Source of the DNA: Squalus acanthias
Lineage: Eukaryota
Direction: 5' to 3'
Assembly (NCBI GenBank): GCA_030390025.1
Contig: CM059433.1
Location: 4,092,001-4,156,000 of the forward strand
Length of the DNA stretch: 64,000 nucleotides
Shown: positions 48,110-58,905 of the stretch, piece by piece
How positions within the stretch are numbered: the first letter of the stretch is position 1
Layout of the letters: each line of letters opens with the position of its first letter
Notes under the pieces: generated by a model
Seen by the model: the letters and a program-made list of their open reading frames with translations, nothing else
Databases searched by the model: none
Told to the model about the DNA's origin: nothing
Made by a program: the position numbers and the translations under genes

Positions 48110-49870
48110 GATCTCAGGGTCAAACACAACACCAAGGTTGTAATGGTCTGGCTCAACTTCAAGCAGTTGCCAGGGATGGAAACGGTGGCCAGGGAACAGA
48201 GTTTGCGGCGGGGACCAAAGACAATAGCTTCAGTCTTCCCAATATTTAATTGGACGGAATTTCTGCTCATCCAATATTGGATGTCGGACAAGCAGTGTGA
48301 CAAATCAGAGACAGTGGATTTACTATCTGTAACATAATTACCTTATGGGCCATTGCACCACATGATGTCACACTCCAACACACAGATCAGAAAGGCCCCA
48401 AGTTTTTTCCACATTAAAGGCTCCCTATAACTGTGAGCTGTTGATGTTTGAATTCTTGTTCTGTGCTGAGTTAGTGAATCTCAGCAGATGGGATGTTTTG
48501 ATTAACCTTAACTTCTCTGTGCTATAGAAGTAGATAATGGGGGTAATTCTGACTCTGTGCAAGAGTGTGAAACGGGTGCTAGTGAATCGGTCACTTCTGG
48601 AGGGGTGACTTTTCATGTCAATGACACCCCCAAAATCCACAATTCATCAGAGTTCGCCACTTTGACTCTAGAATTGAGACCATGTCAGATTTTATCCAGC
48701 ATCTGTCATTACCATTTGCATGTAGTCAAGAAAGACAAACTTACCTCTTTTACACTGCTGATGAGGACTTAATTCACAAGCTGCTGCTACAGCCTCGGTC
48801 TTTGCCGTGAACCAATGGAATCGTTTTTACAAGCAGCTGGTAACTGTCATTTGCAGATGGAAACATTCATTGGAAAGAGTGACTCAGGCACTCAGCAGAC
48901 ACAAGAATGGCTGGAATTACCTCCTTTATATAAAGACACTGACTATAGTGGGCATGGAGTCAGCGTTTCCCATCCCGTGCCGCTCCCCCCCCCGCCGCTC
49001 CCCCCACCACTGCCACCATTTGCCGACAACAATCAGTGTGGAATTCAAACGGTGCTGCACTGAGGTCACCTCAGAATGTTGCGTGGCAAAACCTTTCTGT
49101 ATAGTCATCTGGTGGGACCATTACACAGGATTACACAGGATATACGGCACAGAAACAGGCCATTCGGCCCAACCAGTCCATGCCAGCGTTTATGCTCCAC
49201 TCGAGCCTCCTCCCGTCTTTCCTTATCTAACTCTATCAACGTAACCCTCTATTCCCTTCTCCCTCATATGCTTGTCCAGCCTCCCCTTAAATACATCCAT
49301 AGTATTCGCCTCAACCACTCCCTGTGGTAGCGAGTTCCACATTCTCACCACTCTCTGGGTAAAGAAGTTTCTTTTGAATTCCCTATTGGATTTCTTGGTG
49401 ACTATCTTATATTGATGGCCTCTAGTTATGCTCTTCCCCACAAGTGGAAACATTCTCTCTGTATCCACTCTATCAAAACTTTTCATAATTTTAAAGACCT
49501 CTATTAGGTCCCCCCTCAGCCTTCTTTTTTCAAGAGAAAAGAGACCCAGCTTGTTCATCCTTTCCTGATATGTATACCCTCGCATTTCTGGTATCATCCT
49601 TGTAAATCTTCTCTGCACCCTCTCCAGTGCCTCTATATCCTTTTTATAATATGGCGACCAGAACTGTACGCAGTACTCCAAGTGTGGTCTAACCAAGGTT
49701 TGATACGGGTTTAGCATAACTTCCCTACTTTTCAATTCTATACCTTTAGAAATAAACTCTAGTGCTTGGTTTGCTTTATTTATGATGCGGAGATGCCGGT
49801 GTTGGACTGGGGTGGACAAAAATGAGAAGTCGCACAACACCAGGTTATAGTCCAACAGTTCTATTTAAAA

Positions 49871-49908
49871 TTACGAGCTTTCGGAGCTGCTGCCCCTTCG
49901 TCAGGTAG
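49871..49908 (-). ncRNA. Minimal hammerhead ribozyme
   Basis: Inverted copy of 52402-52439. Confidence 0.72.
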
Positions 49909-50638
49909 AGGTACATTGAGGGAATCTATTCCACAGTATATATACACAGAAAGCAATTTGTCTGCAGAGATACAATCTGTTAGGAAGGCATTACATCAAA
50001 GACACTTCAGAGTACAGCTAAGACAATGAGGTGGGTCACAGGGGGTCCAACGTGTCAAATGTTGCCGTCTGCAGTTGAGCTTTTAACTTTTCTTTTGTTT
50101 TTTTCCTTCCTTGGTTGTTTTTTTTTGGTTGGTTTTTTTTGGTGTTTTTTTTTAAAAACTGGAAAGACAGACAACGATGTCGAGTCACGTTCTGTAGCGT
50201 GACATGAACCCGAGATCCCTGTTGAGGCCATCCTCATGGGTGCGGAACTTGGCTATCAGTTTCTGCTCGATGATTTTGCGTTGTCGTGTGTCTCGAAGGC
50301 CGCCTTGGAGAATGCTAACCCGCAGATCCGAGGCTGAATGTCCTTGACTGCTGAAGTGTTCCCCGACTGGGAGGTAACAATCCTGCCTGGCGATTGTTGC
50401 GCGGTGTCAGTTCATACGTTGTCTCAGTGTCTGCATGGTCTCGCCGATGTACCATGCTCTGGGGCATCCTTTCCTGCAACGTATGAGGTAGACAACGTTG
50501 GCCGAGTCACATGAGTATGTACCATGTACCTGGTGGGTAGTGTCCTCACGTGTGATGATGGTATCTGTGTTGATGATCTGGCATGTCTTGCAGAGGTTGC
50601 CGTGGCAGGGTTGTGTGGTGTCGTGGTCGTGTGTGTGG

Positions 50639-52131
50639 TACGTCGAGGGCATCCTGAAACCCATCGTACAGGGAACCCCCAGCTTCTGTCGCGACACTAC
50701 AGACTTCTTGCAGAAACTCAGCACCCATGGACAAGTTGAACCAGGAACACTCCTCACCACGATGGACGTATCGGCACTCTACACCAATATCCCCCACGAT
50801 GACGGCATCGCTGCGACAGCCTCAGTACTCAACACCAACAACAGCCAATCTCCAGACGCCATCCTACAACTCATCCGCTTCATCCTTGACCACAATGTCT
50901 TCACCTTCGACAACCAGTTTTTACCCAAACACACGGAACAGCCATGGAGACCAAATTCGCACCCCAATACGCCAACATCTTCATGCACAAGTTCGAGCAA
51001 GACTTCTTCGCTGCACAGGACCTCCAACCAACGCTGTACACCAGATACATCGACGACATCTTCTTCCTTTGGACCCACGGCAAAGGATCACTGAAAGGAC
51101 TACACGATAACATCAACAGGTTCCATCCCACCATCAAACTCACCATGGACTACTCCTCAGAATCGGTTTCATTCTTGGACACACGAATCTCCATCAAAGA
51201 CGGACACCTCAGCACTTCACTCTACCGCAAGCCCACGGACAACCTCACGATGCTCCACTTCTCCAGCTTCCACCCTAACCACGGTAAAGAAGCCATCCCC
51301 TATGGACAAGCCCTGCGAATACACAGGATCTGCTCAGGCGAGGAGGAACGCGATGGACACCTACGGACGCTGAAAGACGCCCTCGTAAGAACGGGATATG
51401 ATGCTCGACTCGTCGATCGACAGTTCCGACGGGCCACAGCGAAAAACCGCATAGACCTCCTCAGAAGGCAAACACGGGACACAACCAACAGAGTACCCTA
51501 CGTCGTCCAGTACTTCCCCGGAGCGGAGAAACTACACCATGTTCTTCGCAGCCTTCAACATGTCATCGATGACGACGAACACCTTGCTAAGGCCATCCCC
51601 ATGCCTCCACTACTCACCTTCAAGCAGCCACCTAACCTCAAAAGTACCATCGTTCGCAGCAAATTACCCAGCTGTCAGGAGAACAGCGACCACGACACCA
51701 CACAACCCTGCCACGGCAACCTCTGCAAGACATGCCAGATCATCAACACAGATACCATCATCACACATGAGGACACTACCCACCAGGTACATGGTACATA
51801 CTCATGTGACTCGGCCAACGTTGTCTACCTCATACGTTGCAGGAAAGGATGCCCTGGAGCATGGTACATCGGCGAGACCATGCAGACACTGAGACAACGT
51901 ATGAACGGACACCGTGCAACAATCGCCAGGCAGGATTGCTACCTCCTAGTCGGGGAACACTACAGCAGTCAAGGACATTCAGCCTCGGATCTGCGGGTAA
52001 GCGTTCTCCAAGGCGGCCTTCGAGACACACGACAACGCAAAATCATCGAGCAGAAACTGATAGCCAAGTTCCGCACCCATGAGGACGGCCTCAATAGGGA
52101 TATCGGGTTCATGTCACGCTACAGAACGTGA
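50639..52131 (+). pseudogene. Penelope RT/GIY-YIG ORF, 5'-truncated, frameshift at about 50920
   Basis: Homologous to 8878-10370, with a 1-nt deletion in the T run. Confidence 0.9.
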
Positions 52132-52401
52132 CTTGACATCGTTGTCTGTCTTTCCAGATTTAAAAAAAACCACAAAAAAAACCAACCAAAAAAAACCAAG
52201 GATGAAAAAAACCAAAAAAAAAGTTAAAAGCTCAACTGCAGACGGCAACATTTGACATGTTGGACCCCCTGTGACCCACCTCATTGTCTTAGCTGTACTT
52301 TGAAGTGTCTTTGATGTAATGCCTTCCTAACAGATTGTATCTCTGCAGACAAATTGCTTTCTGTGTATATATACTGTGTAATAGATTCCCTCAATGTACC
52401 T

Positions 52402-52439
52402 CTACCTGACGAAGGGGCAGCAGCTCCGAAAGCTCGTAA
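52402..52439 (+). ncRNA. Minimal hammerhead ribozyme
   Basis: UAC-CUGACGA-A-GGGGC(AGCA)GCUCC-GAAA-GC-UC-GUA. Confidence 0.72.
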
Positions 52440-53996
52440 TTTTAAATAAAACTGTTGGACTATAACCTGGTGTTGTGCGACTTCTCATTTTTGCTTTATT
52501 TATGGCCTTGCTAACCTGTGTCGCAACTTTTAGTGATTTGTGTATTTGTACTCCGAGATCCCTTTGTTCCTCTACCCCACCTAGACTCACACCCTCCAAG
52601 TGATAAGTGACCTCCCTATTCTTCCTACCAAAATGTAATACCTCACATTTATCTGTGTTGAACTTCATTTGCCAATTATATGCCCATTTTGCAAGTTTAT
52701 TAATGTACTCCTGTAACTTGTTGCAGTCCTCCTCAGCATTGTCTATCCCCCCCAATTTGGTGTCATCCGCAAATTTAGAAATCGTGTTTTTGATTCCAAA
52801 GTCTAAATCGTTAATATAAATTGTGAACAGCAGTGGTCCCAGCACTGATCCTTGTGGAACACCACTACCCACCTTCTGCCACTGTGAATAGCTATCCTTT
52901 ACTCCTACTCTCTGCTTTCTGTCCTGAAGCCAGCCAGCAAACCATTCTGCTACTTGTCCCCTGACTCCGCATTCTCTGACCTTGTTCCTCAGTCTATTAT
53001 GGGGTACCTTATCGAAGGCCTTTTGAAAATCCAGATAAATTACATCTACTGCATTACCATTGCCTACTCTCTCTGTTACCCCTTCAAAATATTCTATGAG
53101 GTTGGTCAAGCAAGACTTTTCCTTTTCAAATCCATGCTGACTATTCATTACTACGTTTTTGGTTTCTAGATGTTCTTCTATTTTCTCCTTTAGTAGGGAT
53201 TGCATTATTTTTCCTAGCACCGATGTTAAGCTGACTGATCTATAATTCCCTGGAAATGTTCTATCCCGCTTCTTAAATATCGGTATTACGTTAGCTATCC
53301 GCCAGTCCTCTGGCACTACACCTTTTTCTTACGAATTATTAAATATGTGTAGTAATGCCTCTGCTATCTCTTCCCTAGATTCTTTTAAAATACGTGGATG
53401 CAATCCATCTGGACCAGGGGTTTTATCCTCTTTGAGTTTGATTAGTTTATTTATTATATCCCCTTTTTTATTTTAAATGCACTTATCTCATTAGTAATCT
53501 CATCATCTAATGTCATGTCTACCTGTTCTATCTCCCTGGTAAATACTGAAGCAAAATAATTATTTAATATTTCTGCCATCTCTCTATCGTTACCTGTGGT
53601 ATTATCCTGTCCATCCCTCAATGGCCATATTCCCATCCCAACCTTCCTTTTTTTATTAATGTGCCTGTAAATTATTTTACTATTTTGTTTTATGTTCCTT
53701 GATAATTTAATTTAATTGTTCCTCTTTGCCTCCCTAATTGGTTTTTTGACTTCTCTCCTAATCTTTTCGTATTCTCCCTTATCATGCACTCCTCTGCTGT
53801 CTATGTACTTAATGTGTGCCTCTTTCCTTAATCTCAATTGTTCCCTTATGGCTTTATTCATCCATGAAGTCTGATTAGTGTTTAGTTTGTTCTTTCCTTT
53901 TAGCAGAATATATTGTTCCTGCACTCTGTTGAACACCATTTTAAATGTTTCCCATTGCTGTTCTACATCGTTGTTTGCCAATATTATAGAGTCATA

Positions 53997-54840
53997 GGGC
54001 TGGATTTTCAATGACCCGTGGAGTCGGGTTTGGAGGCGTGTGGGGGGTTAAAGTTGCAGATTCAGGGGTCCCGACCCCATCCCGACTCCAACCCGCCTCC
54101 ATGCCAGTTTCTCTGGCGGTGGGTACCCGACCTGTGCTGAGACCCGACTCCCCGAGGCGGGAAGGGATTAGTGACAATTAACTGCCTGTTAACAGGTAGT
54201 TAACAGGCAGTTTTTTGCATAATCCCTATTTTAAAAAGAAAACTGTGGGCTTCCCGACAGGTGGCAACCACTCCAAGTTATCGAGGCGGACCGTGGGTCT
54301 GCAGGGGTTGGAGGGGTCGATATGTCTGGTGGGCAGGTGAGTGATGGGTGCATGTGTGCAGAGGTAAGTGTGTAAGGTAAGTGCTAAGTGTTGGAAAAAG
54401 TTTTACTTACCTTAACTTCCTCCTGCAGGCGTCAGCCCTTCAGTTCTCGGGAGTTAGAAATCTCATCGGCACAGAAAGCAGGAAAGCCGTGGTTCTGTCA
54501 AAACCTGCAGCCTTCTGTTTTCTGTGGTGGAATGATTTCTAACTCAGCCTGAGAGGAAGGACTGAAGTTAGAAATCATATTGTGAGTGTTTGACAGCTTC
54601 ACAGAGCTGTCAAACGTTGATATTTCATCTGTCAAAAGCACTTGACAGATGAAATGTCAGTCTGTGACGTCACCTGTTGCCGGGTGGCCCTTAATTGGCC
54701 TGCTGAGCCCACTGGGCGGGCTCAACAAGGTCAATCAAGGGAAAATACAGTGGGTTGGCCACATCTCGATGGAGGCGGGTTCACAAGCCAGAATGTGTGA
54801 TTCCCGACCCCAACCCGACTCCAACTTCAAAATCCAGCCC
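53997..54840. mobile_element. Harbinger MITE with perfect 12-bp TIRs
   Basis: GGGCTGGATTTT...AAAATCCAGCCC, ATA TSD, inserted in a CR1 tail microsatellite. Confidence 0.92.
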
Positions 54841-56153
54841 ATAGAGTTATAGATTTATACAGCACAGAAAGAGGCCCTTCGGCCCATCGTGTCCGCGCCG
54901 GCCATCAAGCCCTGTCTATTCTAATCCCATTTTCCAGCACTTGGTCCATAGCCTTGTATGCTATGGCATTTCAAGTGCTCATCGAATTGCTTCTTAAATG
55001 TTGTGAGGGTTCCTGCCTCTACCACCCTTTCAGGCAGTGAGTTCCAGATTCCAACCACCCTCTGGGTGAAAAAGTTTTTCCTCAAATCCCCTCTAAACCT
55101 CCTTACCCTTACCTTGAAACTATGCCCCCTGGTTATTGACCCCTCTACTAAGGGGAAAGTTCCTTTCTATCTACCCTATCTATGCCCCTCATAATTTTGT
55201 ACACCTCAATCAGGTCCCCCCTCAGCCTTCTCTGCTCTAAGGAAAACAACCCCAGCCTGTCCAGTCTCTCTTCATAGCTGAAGCGCTGCAGCCCAGGTAA
55301 CATCCTGGTGAATCTCATCTGCACCTTCTCCAATGCAATCACATCCTTCCTATAGTGTGGCGACCAGAACTGCACACAGTATTCCAGCTGTGGCCTAACT
55401 AGCGTTTTGTACAGCTCCATCATAACCTCCCTGCTCTTATATTCTATGCCTCGGCTAATGAAGGCAAGTATCCCATATGCCTTTTTAACCACCTTATCTA
55501 CCTGTCCTGCTGCCTTCAGGGATCTATGTACATGCACGCCAAGGTCCCTCTGATCCTCTGTCCTTCTTAGGGTCCTACCATTCATTGTGTATTCCCTTGC
55601 CTTGTTAGTCCTCCCAAAATGCATCACCTCACACTTTTCAGGGTTAAATTCCATTTGCCACTGTTCTGTCCATCTGACCAACCCATCTATATCGTCCTGT
55701 AGCCTAAGGCTTCCCTCCTCGCTATTTACCACTCCACCAATTTTTGTGTCATCTGCGAACTTACTGATCATACCTCCTACATTCATATCTAAATCATTAA
55801 TGTACACTACAAACAGCAAAGGACCCAGCACCGATCCCTGCGGTACACCACTGGACACAGGCTTCCTGTCACAAAAACAACCTTCGACCATCACCCTCTG
55901 CCTCCTGCCACTAAGCCAATTTTGGATCCAATGTGCCAAGCTGCCCTGGATCCCATGGGCTCTTACCTTCTTGACCAGTCTCCCATGCGGGACTTTGTCA
56001 AAAGCCTTACTGAAGTCCATGTAGACTACATCAACTGCACTACCCTCATCCACACACCTAGTCACCCCCTCGAAAAATTCAATCGAATTGGTCAGACATG
56101 ATCTCCCCCTGACAAAGCCATGCTGACGATCCCTGATTAATCCTTGCCTCTCC
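54841..56153 (-). mobile_element. CR1 LINE 3' 1.3 kb
   Basis: ORF 55148-56155 with DFSKAFD, GVPQGSVLGP and FADD. Confidence 0.92.
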
Positions 56154-56420
56154 AATATTGTTGCCCTTTTTTTTCTCCAAGTTCTATTCTCAGCCCCTCA
56201 AAATCAGCTTTTCTCCAATCTATTAACTTGGTTTTCGTCATACTTATGTCCTTCTCAGTTATCATCTTAAATCATATTATGTTATGGTCACTATTGCCTA
56301 GATGTTCCCCTACTTTTACTTCTCATATGTGCTCTGGTTCATTCCCCATTACTGGATCCAATAGCAAATCCTCCCTTGTTGGGCTTTTTACATATTGGGT
56401 TAGAAAGGAGTCCTGTACAC
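56154..56420 (-). mobile_element. CR1 endonuclease fragment (probably continues the 49122-53985 copy)
   Basis: Minus strand DSFLTQYVKSPTREDLLLDPVMGN...EHLGNSDHNIIx. Confidence 0.7.
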
Positions 56421-56602
56421 ATTGAGAAGATCAAGTGCATTTTATTTTACATTTCACAGATTCTCATAGGGCTGATAGGACCATGGCTAGGGTCAGGGGG
56501 ACTTGGGCAACCCCTCTACCCACCAGGGGCAGCCGGCTGCCAGAATTTCTGGCAGGCATAGGCAGGTGGATGCCAAATTAGTACTTTCACCCACCTAACT
56601 CT

Positions 56603-57231
56603 GCAAGAGGGATGGAGTATAAAAGTAGGGAAGTCTTGCTAAAACTGTACAGGGCGTTGGTGAAACCACACCTGGAGTATTGCGTTCAGTTATTTAAGGA
56701 AGGATATACTTGCATTGGAGGCAGTTCAGAGAAGGTTCACTAGGTTGATTCCTAAGTTGAAGGAGTTGTCTTATGAGGAAAGGTTGAGCAGGTTGGGCCT
56801 ATACGCATTGGAGTTTAGAAGAATGAGAGGTGATCTTATTGAAACATATAAGATTCTGAGGGGGCTTGACAGGGTTAGATGCAGAGAGAATGTTTCCCCT
56901 CGTGGGGGAATCTAGAACTAGGGGGGCATAGTTTCAGAATAAGGGGTCGCCCATTTAAAATGGAAATGAGGAGGAATTTCTTCTCTCAGAGGGTCGTGAA
57001 TCTTTGGAATTCTCTACCACAGAGAGCTGTGGAGGCTGGGTCATTGAATATATTTAAGGTGGAGATGGACAGATATTTGAGCTACAGGGGAGTCAAGGGT
57101 TATGGGGAGCGGGCAGGGAAGTGGAGTTGAGGCCAAGATCAGATAAGTCATGATCTTATTGAATGGCGGAGCAGGCTCGAGGGGCCGAATGACCGACTCC
57201 TGCTCCTACGTCTTATGTTCTTATGTTCTTA
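56603..57231 (+). mobile_element. CR1 3' fragment
   Basis: ORFs 56715 and 56879; (TTATGTTC)n tail. Confidence 0.9.
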
Positions 57232-58240
57232 TAACGCATGCAAATGGACAGCCCCTCCCACTGACACGTAAAGTCCAATCAGGGCCAACGTTGGAGGGCA
57301 TCGTCAGGGCACCATTCAGGCATAACCGCTGGGATAGTGACCTGAGGAATTTCGGGGTCGTTAACCTTAACAACGTTTCACAGGAAAGTCGGCATTCAAT
57401 TGCTCAGGATTCTTATTTATTGACAAGAGCATGGCTCAAAGTAAGTGAAATCGCTCAGGAAAAGTGTTTGTTCTGAAATGTTAATTCCGGGTGAACAGAA
57501 CAAATAGTTAAGGGTAGTTGCAATTATCATGGCCGAAAGGAAAAGCTCAATCAGTTGTGTGTACCCGGTAAGAATCAATAAACAGAACTGTTACAGCCTG
57601 TCTTCGCAGCAACTGTTTAGTGATTTTTCTGATGAATTAACAGCTATTTGCAAATTAGTTAAGAATATCTACTTGCACCATATGTGGAAGCTGCTATTCT
57701 GCTGAAGAATAAAATCTTTCACTTCAGGGCCACAGATTTAATTTTGCTCCACTGCAGCGCACTTTTATGTTTGGCTGAGTGACCTTAAACATTGCTCGTA
57801 AATCACAGACATCGCAGAAATCTAGTATCAGCTAGTGAGACTGAAGATTCTAAATGTGAGCCAAAGTGGGTCGATGAGCGAGAGTTCGAGGTACCAACAC
57901 TCCTTTCACAAGTCCAGCGGGAGCCCTGAGGAACTGTTTGGGGAAAGGTCAAGGCTCATGTAGGCCGCGACCTTAGCTGGGAAATCCTGGTTGGCCTTGT
58001 AAGGAGCAGAAACTCCACCCACTTCCTGCATGGCCAGCCCTATCAGAGGAGTAGGGTCTCCCTATGTTAGGAGTTCCTGCTTCTCTGGCCCATAAAGGAC
58101 CCAGTGTAAAATTATTCTGAGCATACTGGCCTCTAGAAGCATGCAAATGAGCTTCACCAGGGGACTGATCCAGACCAGACGCAGTCCTCTATGCCTCCAT
58201 GTGAGTGTGATGTTCATCCAACAGCCTTCATTTTTGTGAT

Positions 58241-58708
58241 AAGCAACGATGAAGGAACAGTGATATATGTCCAAGTATGAACAGTGATGGTGTGTGACTT
58301 GGAGGGGAATTTGGAGGCAATGGTGTTCCCATACACCTGTTGCCCTTGTTCTTGTAGGTCACGGGTTTGGGAGGTGCTGTTGAAGAAGCTTTGGTGAGTG
58401 CATCTTGTAGATGGTACACACTGCAACCACGTTACGTCGGTGGTGGAGGGAGTGAATGTTTAAGGTGGTGGATGGGGTGCCAATCAAGCGGGCTGCTGTG
58501 TCCTGGATGGTGTCGAGCTTCTTGAGTGTTGTTGGAGCTGCACTCGTCCAGGCAAGTGGAGAGTATTCCATCACACTCCTGACTTGTGCCTTGTAGATGG
58601 TGGAAAGGCTTTGGGGAGTCAGGAGGTGAGACACTCGTTGCAGAATACACAGCCTCTGACCTGCTCTTGTTGCCACAGTATTTAGGTGGCTGGTCCAGTT
58701 AAGTTTCT
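58241..58708 (-). mobile_element. LINE fragment (family of 2547-3442)
   Basis: QKLNWTSHLNTVATRAGQRL...MEYSPLAW. Confidence 0.85.
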
Positions 58709-58905
58709 GGAGGGGTTCTGCCACTCGTCCACTGTAACTTGGACCGTAGAAACCCCTGAAAAACAGCATCCCCCGTTGTCTCTCTTCACTTATGATTCAA
58801 AGATATGTCACTGCGTATTTCGTACATACGATAAATTTTCAGATTTAACAACATGCCAGCCCTAACCAACAATTTATATCCTATTACAAAAGCAAAAAAC
58901 TCCAG

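Larger units (their letters stand above)
45489..48316 (-). mobile_element. L2 LINE split into three pieces (45489-45637, about 46844-47405, 48110-48316)
   Basis: The pieces join colinearly with the L2 copies at 21953 and 29466. Confidence 0.85.
49785..52489. mobile_element. Penelope (Neptune) inverted two-arm insertion, diverged subfamily
   Basis: Tailed minus arm 49785-50629, TG-rich filler, plus arm about 50639-52489; 15-bp TSD TTTGCTTTATTTATG at 49770-84 and 52490-504. Confidence 0.93.
49122..53985 (-). mobile_element. CR1 LINE (ORF2 partial, disrupted), split by a Penelope element
   Basis: ORFs 49223-49855, 52402-53316, 53454-53636 and 53712-54011 carry CR1 RT motifs. Confidence 0.9.
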
